This document shows, piece after piece, positions 24,674 to 38,200 of a stretch of 64,000 bases of DNA. The stretch spans positions 3,536,001-3,600,000 of the forward strand of contig CM097885.1 in assembly GCA_044892525.1 (NCBI GenBank), given 5' to 3'. The notes beneath the pieces are model-generated. The model searched no databases and was not told where the DNA came from. It was given only the letters and a program-made list of their open reading frames with translations. The position numbers were made by a program, and so were the translations under genes. How positions within the stretch are numbered: the first letter of the stretch is position 1; each line of letters opens with the position of its first letter. This DNA comes from Schmidtea polychroa. Lineage: Eukaryota.

Positions 24674-26556
24674 TAAATAACGTTAGTAATTAAAACAAAA
24701 TATTAAAAAACAAATTAATTAATTAAATGTAATAAATTAAAAATTAACTAAAGTAAGTAATTAAAAATATAACATCATAAAATAATTAATTAATAAAATT
24801 ATAAAGAAAAAATTAAAAAGAAGTAATTAAATAAAATGTTAATTTAAAAAATAAATGATTCGATTGGTCTATATTTGATCTTGATATTCCATGAGCTTGA
24901 AAGTGTCCTGGAGTCCTTACTATTCACTACTATGGTAACATCCAAATAAGCTTGAAAATAGTCTGCTATTAAAAATGGTAGTGAACACTGCATTACAGTG
25001 TATTCCCCTTTGATAAAAATACATTACTCAAACTTCTAAAAATATTCTAACAGTGACCGAGTCCTAAAAATATTAAATCAAAGGTTTCATCCAGTCATTT
25101 ACCGCGCCACAAATAATTTATTTATTGAAAATAAAAATGTAAAAAATCTTGAACGTTTGTACATATCACCAAATTTCTTGTCAGTTTTCATCTATTGCAT
25201 TTTCTCCTCCTTTCATTGCCATTGTCTTTCTCCTGAATTCTGACAGTAAATTATTATTTATTTATGAAAATATCTTTTATTACTTTATCTTTATTATTAT
25301 ATACCCATAAGGTGTCATTTGGTCTCATAGAAATTGGAGTCTCTTTACCTTAGTTAGTGTTGATTAATCCATGAAATTTAATTCCAATACCTTTCTGAGA
25401 TTCTTGGAAAGGTTCGAGATACCTATTATAATCAGCATGGGTACTCATCAGGTCCTCATCTCTTGTTATTATTATTTTTGGCTACTCAAGAAGAGAATTA
25501 TTATTAATCATGGCGCATGAGATTTTATTATATTTTCCGGTCATTGGACTATTAATTCGTAAGAAAAGTTTGTTTATGTATATATTTGTGCATAGAATGG
25601 AAGTTACTCTTAGAAAATCGCTCTTCTTCATGAGTACAAAAAAGTGCCAATCAAATTTTGGAAACGCTAGCGGGAATTCAAAAATCTGCTCTAGACCCCT
25701 ATAAACCTATTTTGACCTAACACGGAAGATCCATTAGACTTAGATATTTCGATCACAATTTAATTTATTAATATTCAGACTCTTATTTATTTTAAACTTT
25801 TGATTAATAAACAAAAACATATTTATTGCAATTTTTAATAGTTTCCAGGGATTTATTTGAAATATAAACAAGTACTCATATTGTTGGAATATTGTTGTGA
25901 AATGAATTGGGGTATTTTCTCCCTAAGGCATGCGTCCAATCAAATCATCGAGGTGCATTTTGTTGTGTGAGTTTCTATGTAATGAGTTGCAGTGTGATGT
26001 GTGTGTGTGTGTGTGTTTCTTGTGTCTTGAAATGCGTGTAAAATATTATTTTTGGATAAAGATTTGAAAATTAAGATTTTGAAGTTGTAATTTGTAAATA
26101 TTTGTAAATATATCTGATTGTAAAGTTTTTTTAAAAAAAAACTTTGGTGGTCTTATTAATTTGGATATAAATGAATTTATCAATGAATGATAAATTAATC
26201 CAGATTCCAAATTCAAATGATATTCATGATTGTGTAAGTCAATGCCCTATGGAAAAGCAGGTGTATAGAATATAGAATGAATTCTGAATTTGTTAAATGG
26301 AAATTTGGATTACAAATTACGGAAATTCCTGCTATTTTAATTCATTCCTAGACGTTTATTTCAATATCGTTGAACTGAAAGTAGTTCCTAATATTTTATT
26401 AAATATCTTTTTTAAGTTTGATTTTACCAAAGTTTCCGAAGAAATAAAGGTTTCCTTCTCAAGATCTATCGATGTCATTAGAATTTATTAATAGTTACGT
26501 TACTTAAGTTTCTCCAAGCTCGAATAACTGTTATTTTGAAAGATTTTATTTTAAAG

Positions 26557-28830
26557 CAGGGGTGCCCATAAGGTCGATCGCGATCTACCGGTAGATAGCG
26601 AAGGATTTTTTAGTAGATCTTCATAAAAAAAATATTTTTTATATAAATTTAGATTTTATATAAAATTTCTGTTTTATGCTTAAATTTTTGTGTAACAAAG
26701 TGAAAAATTTTCTTAAGCTTTTTTGTTAAATTAATTTTGTTTAAAAATGCTAAATAAAAAAATGCTAAATAAAAAAGTCAAGACTTATCATTATAGCGAA
26801 GAAATGGAGAAGGAGTACTTTTTTGTAATGATTAAAGGTAAATGTTGTTGCTTAATTTGTAAAGCTACTATTTCATTACCAAAAAGAGGGAATTTGGAAA
26901 GGCATTTCAAGACAATTCATAAGAATTTTGCAGTTGATTTTCCAATTGACAGTGAACTACGCAATTCTAAAATCATGGAACTGAAAACATGCATTTCTTT
27001 TCAACAGTCATTTTTTACGAAGCTAACATCCAAATCAAAGTCAGCTACAGCTGCATCTTTCTGAGTAAGCTACATTCTGGCAAAAAATAAGAAATCTTTT
27101 AGTGATGGAGTAATTGTAAAAGAAGCATTTTTAGAAGCGGCAGAATCATTATTTTGTGATTTTAAAAATAAATCAGATATAATTTCTGCTATTACTGATA
27201 TGCAATTGTCCCGTAATACAGTTACACGGAGAGTCCAAGAAATAAGTACCAATTTAAAAAATCAGTCAATGTTAGACATAGGAAATTGTACCGCATTTTC
27301 ATTGCAAGCAGACGAATCAACTGATGCGGCTGATATTTCGCGGCTTATAATTTTTATTCGAATGGTCTTTAAAGATTTTTCTACGAAGGAAGAATTATTA
27401 ACAATTATACCACTCAAAAGTAAAACTCGAGGTGAGGATATATTTCAGAATTTTAAAGCTTATGCCAACAGCATTCAGCTCCAAATTTGTAAGCTTGTAT
27501 CAATAACAACAGATGGCGCACCAGCTATGACAGGGCGTCACAACGGATTTATAGCATATTGTAGGAATGATTGTGAACTCCCAGATTTTCTTTCCTACCA
27601 CTGTATTATTCATCAACAAGCCTTGTGTGCTAAAATTCTGAATATGAGAGATATTATGGAAATAACATTCAAAATTGCTAACTCGATTCGTGCAAGAAGT
27701 CTTCAGAGACGACTTTTCAAATTACAAATTGAAGAAAGTAATAGCGAAGGTCCTGCTGAATTACTGATGCATTCAGATGTAAGGTGGCTAAGTAGAGGAA
27801 AATTCTTACAAAGATTTAGAGATTTGCTTTCTGAGATTAAGTTGTTCCTTGCCGCAAGAGGTGATGAGTTCAAGCAATTGGAAGATGATGTTTGGCTCTT
27901 GGATTTGGCATTTTTAGTAGATATTACTGCAATTCCGAATGAATTAAATCTCGACTTACAAGGTAAGGATAAATTGATATTCGATATGATAAGTTCAATC
28001 AATGCATTTATACAAAAGCTTCATTTACTTATTACCAAAATAGAAGACAAAAATTTAAGATATTTTCCAAATATGTTGTCACAATTAAAAGAATCTGAAA
28101 ATGTCAACTTTAATATTACGAGATATGCGGAACAGATCAAAATTTTGGTTTTAGAGTTCGAGAGACGTTTTCAAGACTTCAAGAAACTTGAAATTGTGGC
28201 TGCATTTATGTCCTTTCCGTTTAATCCAAAAATAAAACCAGAAATTGTTGCAGATTCAATTTCAACTTTGTTTAAAATGGATATCCCTATACTTGAAATG
28301 GAAATAATCACACTTCAAAATGATATCTTCATTAAATCAAGATCTTCCGAACCAAATGTATTGAAATATCTATCAGAGGATAAATATTCAAACTTGAAAA
28401 AATGCTTCGAAAATTTAGTATCAATTTTTGCTTCAACTTATTTATGTGAGTCTGCATTTTCACATATGAAAATTATAAAGTCAAAGTACCGAGCAACATT
28501 AACAGATGACCATTTGGAATCCAGCCTAAGAAGTTGTCTTAGCACTTATATCCCAAACTACAAAAATCTAGTGGATTCAACCCAATGTAGAGCATCAACA
28601 TCGAAAAGTTCTATATAAAAATAATTTTCATTAAATTTAATTTCCTAAGTTACATTTTTTTATAATAAATAGTTATATAGTTTAATTTTCCATATTTTGA
28701 CATATATTTGTTTTATTGTGATGAATTTATTGCATTGTAGGTAAATATTATGTAAGTATTAAAAAAGTAGATCGCATACACATTTTGGATGTGAATGTAG
28801 CTCTCCTAGAAAAATTAGTGGGCACCCCTG
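26557..28830 (+). mobile_element. hAT transposon (Buster/SPIN/GTF2IRD2-like), full length
   Basis: TIR CAGGGGTGCCCA / TGGGCACCCCTG; perfect 8-bp TSD TTTTAAAG (26549-26556, 28831-28838); subterminal GTAGATC motifs. Confidence 0.95.
26747..28618 (+). pseudogene. hAT transposase with one premature TGA (27062-27064)
   Basis: BED finger CLIC...H....H; DESTD, TTDGAPAM, HCIIHQQAL, VRWLSRG, STYLCESAFS. The two ORFs are in the same frame. Confidence 0.92.
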
Positions 28831-29297
28831 TTTTAAAGTATATTATACAAAAATGAAAGAATAATCTCCCATCGCTATGGGTTGCTATTAAAAGTGGTAA
28901 ATTGCTTCCTAGTCTCTCAACCAAATAAACTTATTCAAAACTTTGTTATGAATTAATATGACATGAATACAATGTCACATGCATAGAAATGACTACCTGT
29001 CATATCCATTTTTAATTTCTTGTTTACTATCGACTTAGGAATTGATTAATATCAGTGAGCACAATAATGGATTAAAGAATAAAATGTATATATTTGCAAT
29101 GGTGCATAGAAAAATGAAGTGTGAATTTATATAAATGTAAAATGATGTTATGTAGGAAAGTAAAAATAGTATTAAATTTAATAAAAATAATTTTTTGGTG
29201 TTTTTAAAAATTAAATTTTTAATTTTAAATAAGAAATATTTTTGGCAATTAATAAATTTAACGATGACAGTGATTCTGTCGAAATATATATTGTAGT

Positions 29298-29300
<3 letters not shown>

Positions 29301-29374
<74 letters not shown>
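29301..29374. repeat. (AT)n microsatellite
   Basis: Directly visible. Confidence 0.95.
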
Positions 29375-29381
<7 letters not shown>

Positions 29382-30446
29382 TGCGTTTTTCATTATATTT
29401 AAATCGATGTCATTATTTAGTGACTGTCATAATCAATTAATAAATTATTTGGTTAATGATTTTTAAAAAGAAATTTTATAATTTTTTTTAAATAAGCGAT
29501 TCAAAATTTGTAAAGTTTCCGTTCCCATTTGAGAATGACCATGAATCTGACGAAATATATATTATAAAACTATGTTGGTTACATTACTCCATTCGGCGGT
29601 AGGTTTATGCCGCTCCAGAGTAAAATGTGCATAAGAAAGGTTAAACATTACAAACATAATTCATTTATTATTAAAAATTTTAATTTTATGCGTCAATGGC
29701 CACTTTGGCTACCGTTTCTATACGTACTGAAATTTTTGGAAAGGGTTGATATTATTGATTGGGATTGGGTTATAATGAAATAAAAATTTGTTATGGTTGT
29801 CGGTGAAATGTGAAATTAACAATTATTGATCTAACTCCATAGTGATAATGTTTTCTCTAATAATTTCCTAATTTAATCTATCTTCGTTTTAACTCTGTTT
29901 TGTCGTTCATTTTTTTTAATTTTTGTCCCTTAATCCAAGTTGTGTTTCCCTTTTGTAATCTGCAATCTAATTGCACTTACAGATAATTATATCATTTTTG
30001 ATTTCTTTCTCCAGTACAATCCTTTGGGTCATCCTCAGTTATTCTATAATCTCTGACAGCTGTCAAGATATAAAATTTTAAAAAATGTTATTTTCAAACT
30101 TCCCGGTGATTCATTTGTTTTTTCGGACATGCTATCGAGATAAAGTAATCCCATTTTCAAACTTTCCTCTTGTTTTTCGTTTCTAAATTTTAATTATTAC
30201 TTAAGAACGGCCTTTTCATGTTCTATTTTTGATTTTATTAATTTCCATCCCCTTACTTCTGATTACCCCCGATTATTTTGCTCATTCTAATAAGGGGCGC
30301 ATGGAGTTGTTGAATTGATATAAAATAAAGTCTAGACCTTATTACGACTGATATGAGGGAAGAGATGGCGATCATATGTCAGTTGGAAGTAATTCGGTTA
30401 AACTTTATTTTTGTAGGGAATGGAAATTAAATCATAATCTCAGTTC

Positions 30447-32198
30447 TTATATAAGAATAAATTCAGTAAATACTGAACATGTAAATCTTACTGTATGTCG
30501 AGAAGTAGAAACCATTGATATAAGTTTATTGGAGCGGGCCTTGGTATATGGCTTTCCGTAATAAACAGGTAACTCGTTTTCATTCACACAAGTTAGCGCT
30601 AACTTAAATCTTTCAAAATTACTTCTAACACAGAAATCTTCACAACTGAAATTCTCCTTCTTAAACTTCTTTGAATATTTGAAATGTTCCCAGATCAATT
30701 GTAAAAGCCCAGCGGCTATTACTGGTAATTTCTCAGCGTTTTCAGCTTGAACGGAATTTGATCTCTCGAGATGATCTTGGTAGAAAAGGTCTGATGAAAG
30801 CAAATAGATGCATGTCTTCACCCCATTCTTTTTGACAAAAATTCTGAAATAAGTTCAATAAATATAACAATTGCATTTAGTCAGAAGGTTACTCGAGTAA
30901 ATTCTCATTTGTCTGGAGGAGATAATAAATAAATGACAAAATGGAATATATGGTATTGAGACTGAGATATTCCTCAAGGATATCTAAGTTTTTGCCGGGG
31001 GAGTCTGGATCTAAAATTCTTTTGATATCTGGCCTACTCGGAGAAGGCAGGCATTGTAACATGTGAATTAAACAATGTGTTCCGATCAGTTCTAGATTTC
31101 TTAAATCTTCGGAGAGATTTCTAAGCGTAAGGATAGCAACCTTTACTACTATATCGGGACCGTTGATTACATGCATGACAAGAGATGGAAGACCTTTTCT
31201 TTTGCGAAACTGAAAGTAATAATAATTTGAAGCAACCTCCCTATAAAATTGTTCTACTCAATTAAATTCAGTCTTGTTCCAAAATTTATTTATTAATTAC
31301 AATTTTAATTTCTCTTGTTTTTCTGAAAATTTAATCAACCAATAAATGTTAATTATTAATATTGATGTAATTATTGATCATAAATATAATTTAAGTAGTA
31401 TGTAGTAACGACTCCGGCGCACTTTCAAGGTCATGGAATATCAAGATCAAATATAGACCAATCGAATCATTTATTTTTTAAATTAACATTTTATTTTATT
31501 ACTTCTTTTTAATTTTTCTTTTTAATTTTATTAATTAATAATTTTATGTTATATTTTAATTACTTACTTTATTTAATTTTTAATTTATTACATTTAATTA
31601 ATTTATTAGTTTATTAATATTTTATTTTAATTACTTACGCTTTATTATTATTTATTTTTATTTTTATTTATTTATATATTTTTTTTAATTTATTTATTTT
31701 TTTTTAATTAATTAATTTATTTATTTTTTAATTTAAATTTTATTTAATTACTTCTATTTATTTATTTATTTATTTATTTTTTTTTCTTTTTAATTTTATT
31801 AATTAATTTTTTTTTTATGATGTTATATTGTAATTACTTACTTTAGTTAATTTTTAATTTATTACATTTAATTAATTTATTAGTTTATTAATATTTTATT
31901 TTAATAACTTACGCTTTATTATTATTTATTTTTATTTTTATTCATTTTTTTTTAAATTTTTTTTTTATTTATTTATTTTTTTTTAATTAATTAATTAATT
32001 TTTTTTTTAATTTAAATTTTATTTAATTACTTCTATTTATTTATTTATTTTTTTCTTTTTAATTTTATTAATTAATTATTTTATGATGTTACATTTTAAT
32101 TACTTACTTTAGTTTATTTTTAATTTATTACATTTAATTAATTTATTAGTTTATTAATATTTTAATTATTTTATTATGTTTTTATTTTAGTATAATTT

Positions 32199-32234
<36 letters not shown>

Positions 32235-35200
32235 TTTTTTTTTTTTTTTTTTTTTAATTTTACATTTACATTATATTCTAACAAGAGGTAAATTATAACA
32301 ATAATATTTCAATTTGAATAAAATTTTAATTAGTAATTATTCAATTTGAATAAAATTTTAATCAGAAATTATTTAATTTATTATAAAATAAAACGCTGAG
32401 TTAATTTTGGATAAACCGGATATTAATTTTTCGGAAAAAATAAATAAAATAAACACAAAAATAATATTTCTTACTTGAAACTAATTATCTAAATTAATTG
32501 GACAAATGAATAATTAAATGATAAAACACATTTTAATTAACTAAGTCAAATAATTCACAATATATATATTTTATTATTCACATAAATTTAATTGTTAAAG
32601 TGCTTGTTTCGATTTGCATTCATTTGTAGACGGAGCAGTTGCAATATGCATTTGACGAATCTTATAGTGACCGTAGGCATAGCTTTCATTAGAATTGAAC
32701 CAATACCTTTTATCATCCAAACATTGGAGAGCTCGTTTTTCGGTCATGAAAGTATACAACTGATGATTGACACTTCCTATTCTTTTTTGTGGGATGCTCA
32801 CTGTTCCACCATCAGTATACACTTTTTTATAAGCTTCATGGGTGATATTAGAATTTGTAAGACTTATTCCTTTGGCTTTTAGAGTGTTTTTATCGCCTTG
32901 GAGTGAGTAGCATTTGGGTCGAAGAAACACCCATTCTTTATATTGATTTCCTGTATTCTCATCCTTAACTTTCCCGATTACCGAACAAATTTTATCTGAG
33001 AACAATGGATCAGTCACTGGATAATTTGAAGTATCTAGGAGCCCATCTTCAATCATTTTTGGATATAGTTGTAAGCGAAAATCAACATTTTTACACTCTA
33101 AAAAGAAGGAATCTGTGTCACCGGCTACGATATTAATTTGACAATTGAATTCTTCTCTATAACTCTGTAGTTCTTTATATTGGAACTGGTTCATGCGAAG
33201 TTTAGATAAATCAAGTACGGTTTGTCCAATATACATTGGTCTATCTAAACACACCATTTCCTTATCAAGTATAACAGCAATGAGATCATCCGCAATCTTG
33301 ATGCTACGACGAAACATAGGATTACTACAATAAGTTATCAATCTTTTGCTTTTGCTGCATAATCTCAAATTTATACGTTTCTTCAAGTTTTCCACGGTTT
33401 TACCGTATAAACTGTTGTTCTTTAACTTATAATAATCTCGCTGAAACGAATCCGTACTAGCTGCTCTCATTTTGGTATTGTAATCAATATAGCCTTTGAA
33501 AATAGCCACTTGCTTGAATTCTACAGCACGATTAACTTTTGTGACCTTTGCGCCGTAACTCAACCACTCTGTCAAAACTCTACCATTAACTACATAGTTT
33601 TTCTTAGGCTCATGAGTTAACAACAGCTTTTCAATTTTACTACCAGGCGGATATAAAAGCTCAGGAGCTATAGGTAAATCATCTAGTTTATCTTGTATAC
33701 TATCAGGAATGACGATGTCAACCTCTAGAACATATCCACGATCTCCATCAAACTCATCCCCATTTGCACATCTTTCAACAATACCATTCATTTCAGTCTG
33801 ATCTTCTAACCATCTAAATTCCCCAACAGGAAGTTTTTGCGACAGCGCCCATCCATATAAATTATTAACATCTAAGTATGACATTTGTGTTGATTCATCA
33901 GCTTCAACATGATGTTTGTTGATAAATGTCATTCCACCACGAATACCAGCTTCAAATAAACGGTAAAGCTCTGGATCTTGAATAAGTTCTACCGGTTCAG
34001 GTAACTGTTTAATAGCTGATGCCCAACTTAATCCGGGTATGGAAACAAACGATAAAGCCTCAAGTCCATCTTCGTCAAATGTTTTTTCTCTGAAAGCTTC
34101 AAAAACATCGGCCAACAGAAAAACATCCAGCTTGAGATATACTAGCATGTAATCTAGCAGTGTCTCACAGTTGTATTGTTGCCAGATTCGATTTGCATGT
34201 ATATAATCTTCTTCACTAACTCCCTCCCAAATCAGTGGTAATTCTGTTATTGACTGTAAAGCATCCATTGATGTAGCCATATCATAAGGAAAAATGGTTT
34301 TACAAGTCATCATCTGTGATTCGAAAACATCTGAGGTCAGTGGAAGACATGGTAAATTTTTTGATAAATTTGCCAAGCTGCTATTTAAAAATTGTAAAGA
34401 ATCAATGAATCTAATTCTTTTGCCTTTCGATGTCGCTGTAAGTGTGAGAAACTTTTCTGTTGATTGAGGAATAACATTTAAATTCCAATCGGGGAATTTT
34501 GCAATTGCATATTTTAATATATGATGAAAGTCATATCCACGAAGATTGTGAAATACAACAGGTAAAGACGGATTGATTCTTCTAGCCAAGTTGCAATGTT
34601 GACATGCTGCTCCGAGATATTGACCAGTAAAATGATCATGATCTCGAACAGGTATATTGATAATCTTTTTACAAAGGTAGCAATGAGTTTGATTCGTAAA
34701 TTCTTCCTGCTGTTCCCAAGTGAGTTCCATCATTTCCTTCGATCCATTAATTTTATACCACGGATAAACTATGTCTGTAGCTATATCATCCAATGCTTGT
34801 ATGAACTGAATGATACAGCTTTTCCCAACAAATGTTTATTTCGGATCGGACAACCTTGATGAAGAAGCACAAATTCAGATGCAATCGGCTCATGTTTTTG
34901 GAAGTGTTTGTCATCTAGAGGTAATATCGATTCAAAGTCCGCGTAGACAACAAACTGCTGTTTTATAGTTTTACTCCAGTCTTTAAATTCGATATATTTA
35001 TTCTCTGGCATTGAGTATAGAGTCGTCCGCTCCACATTCTTCCTACAAAGACCTATATGTCTTTCAAAAGCAGGACGTTTTTGAAACCCATGAAGACATG
35101 TATGACACCAATGTGATTGGATTCTGACTCCTTCTACTCTATCTCTGTAATTCAGCAGTATATCGAGATTAGTTACAGCCAAAAAATGATAATTTAATTC

Positions 35201-38200
35201 TAAAATTTAGTTAATATTTTTAATGATTAAAAGAAATATTACCTTCTTCAATCAATAGGAGATATATCTAAGATCCCGTCGAAGTACTTCTATATACCAA
35301 GTCAACGAACGGATTCTTGAAAATATCATTAGTTTTTTGTTTAATTGGATCTTTATTATATTTGAGAACATTGATCGCTAGATTTGGATTCATTGCTTCG
35401 AATTGGCAAATGTTAACCAACTTCATCGGAAACCATTCAAATTTCCATTTTAAGTCTTAAAAACAAATTTCAATGATTTATGACATTATATATATATATA
35501 TTACCACTTAAGTTATATTTTGTTGTTCTTTCTCTATCCCGACGTATGTCATCATAATGTAATACGGCCAGTATGCTATATAAAAAGCAGAATTGATCAT
35601 TATTTTGAACATTAACTAAAGCCTGGCAGTTTTTCAGGTAATTTGGCGTTTTAATGTAACATGAACCTAAGTAAATATCTAGATTTATATATATAATAAT
35701 GTAAATAAACTTACCAGATACATGTATTATGTCTGATAATTTAGTTAAAATCATAGTAACTTCTAATATTTTATGAATTCTCCACCCACTACTTTGTTGA
35801 GTGTATTTCTCCAACTTTTCTTTTAATTTTTCAATTCCATCATTAATAAATGAAGATGACATTGTAATTGCTTTATTTGACAAACACCATTTTTTAATTT
35901 CACCATCCTCTTTGATAAACTCTGCACAAAGTCCAAATTGGATTTTTACTGTACCCATTCGTTGAATATGATCTTCTATTTCTTTGATGAGACAATCTGG
36001 AACAACAATGTCAGGAGAATTAATTGCAGATACATCGCTTGTCAATTCAACACGAGAACCATTTAAGTCAGACTCCCGACGTGGACACAATTGTATGTTA
36101 GAGTCTCCATTTCCGTAAAATATTGACTTTCGTTTTGTGGTGCCAGAGTTTTGTCTAACTATATTTATAATTAATATTAAACAACTTAAATAACATAACT
36201 TGTAACATATTCTTTAATCTGCTTAGGATCGTATGATGTATTCATTTTCGATTGTACTATAAAAAATTAATAATTGTTAATAGTAGAAAGAGTATTACTT
36301 TTAGTGATCATCCTGCTCTTCGTTTCTTCGAATCTTCTAAGATGGTGTCCGTGTTGTCGTACAAACATTAACCACCTACCTGGTGATATAATGAGACATT
36401 CCGGACATATGTAACCCGATAAGGTAGAGTCATTTATCTTGAAATATGATGATGTAACTGATTTACAGTTCTCCACATCTTCATGACTTTCGGCAATACA
36501 AAATTTATATAAACTGCATCCGTTCACTAAAAGAAAATAATCATTAATATTAGATAGAGAATAAAAAATTATTCACTTATATAAGTTAAATTAAAAGTTT
36601 AAATGACAAACATTTGAAAAGTTACTGCTTATATATTACACATGATTACATTCTGACCAATCAAAATCAAGGAAGGAGTAGGAAAAATAAATATATTCTG
36701 ACCAATCAAAATCATGGAAGGGGTAGGAAAAATAAATGCATTACGTTGCAGTATTTTAAAACTTCAATATATTTTAAAACACATTTTAATGTTAAATTTG
36801 ACTTATTCAACATTTTTATAATAATTTAATAAAAAATAATGCGATGAACCCACAAAGTAATATCATTTTTCATCAAATTGCAAAACAGTAATAACGTTTT
36901 CATAAAATTGTAACAAAGTAATAACATATTTCAGATAAATTTTCAACAGTTGTAAAATATTTAAGCAAATTGTAACAAGATTAGAAAATATTACAACAAA
37001 GTAGTAACATATTTCAGAAAATTTCAACAAAGTTGTAAAATATTTATCAAATTGTAACTAAAATAATAAAAATATTGCAACAAAGTAATAAAATGATGAT
37101 GTTAATTGGGACAAATCAATACATTATTTCGAAGACGGACAACAAATTAAAAAAGAATATTGTAATAAATTGTGAAGTCTTTCAGTAAATTACAACAAAG
37201 TAATAACATATTTCGGAAATATTTCACCAGATGTAAAATATTTAAGCAAATTGTTATAAGATTATAAAAATATTGCAACAAAGTAATAAAATAATACAAC
37301 ATTTTAAACTCTAGATCAATCCATTTTATAGAAAATTAAATTTTATCTCTATAATATACAAGGAAATTACGTTAACTGTAAGAAAAATACAAATTTATCG
37401 TAAAAACATGTATGTATTACACACAACATACGAGAAATAATTTTTAATCTTAATTTTATAGAAAATTAAATTTTATCTTTATAATATATGAATAAATATA
37501 CAAGGAAATTACGTTAACTGTATGAAAAATACAAATTTATCGTAAAAATATGTGTGTGTGTATTACACACAACATACGAGACATAATTTTTAATCAAGCT
37601 ATTTTATAGAAAATTAAATTTTATCTATATAATATATGAATAAATATACAAGGAAATTACGTTAACTGTATGAAAAATACAAATTTATCGTAAAAATATG
37701 TGTGTGTGTATTACACACAACATACGAGACATAATTTTTAATCAAGCTATTTTATAGAAAATTAAATTTTATCTATATAATATATGAATAAATATACAAG
37801 GAAATTACGTTAACTGTATAAAAAATACAAATTTATCATAAAAACATGTGTGTATTACACACAAAACAAGATACATAATTTCTAATCAATCCATTTAATA
37901 GAAAATTAAATTTTATCTCTATAATATATGAATAAAATCCTAAGAACATTACGTTAACTATATGAAAAATACAAATTTATCGTAAAAACATGTGTGTATT
38001 ACACACAACATACGAGACATAAATTTTAATCAAGCTATTTTATAGAAAATTAAATTTTATCTATATATATTATATGAATAAAATCCTAAGAAAACTTTGA
38101 TTGGTCAGAATATATTTATTTTTCCTACTCCTTCCTTGATTTTGATTGGTCAGAATGTAATCATGTGTAATATATAAGCAGTAACTTTTCAAATGTTTGT

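Larger units (their letters stand above)
14961..24931. mobile_element. Palindromic pPolB-only Polinton-like element, insertion A (right arm 5'-truncated, two nested hAT insertions)
   Basis: Starts AGTAGTGAATAGTAAGGACTCC and ends GGAGTCCTTACTATTCACTACT. TSD ATGGTA at 14955-14960 and 24932-24937. Inverted pPolB copies in both arms. Confidence 0.9.

Noticed and set aside
37320..38095. CRISPR-like array
   Set aside because: Whole units are repeated with no unique spacers; eukaryotic context, no cas genes.
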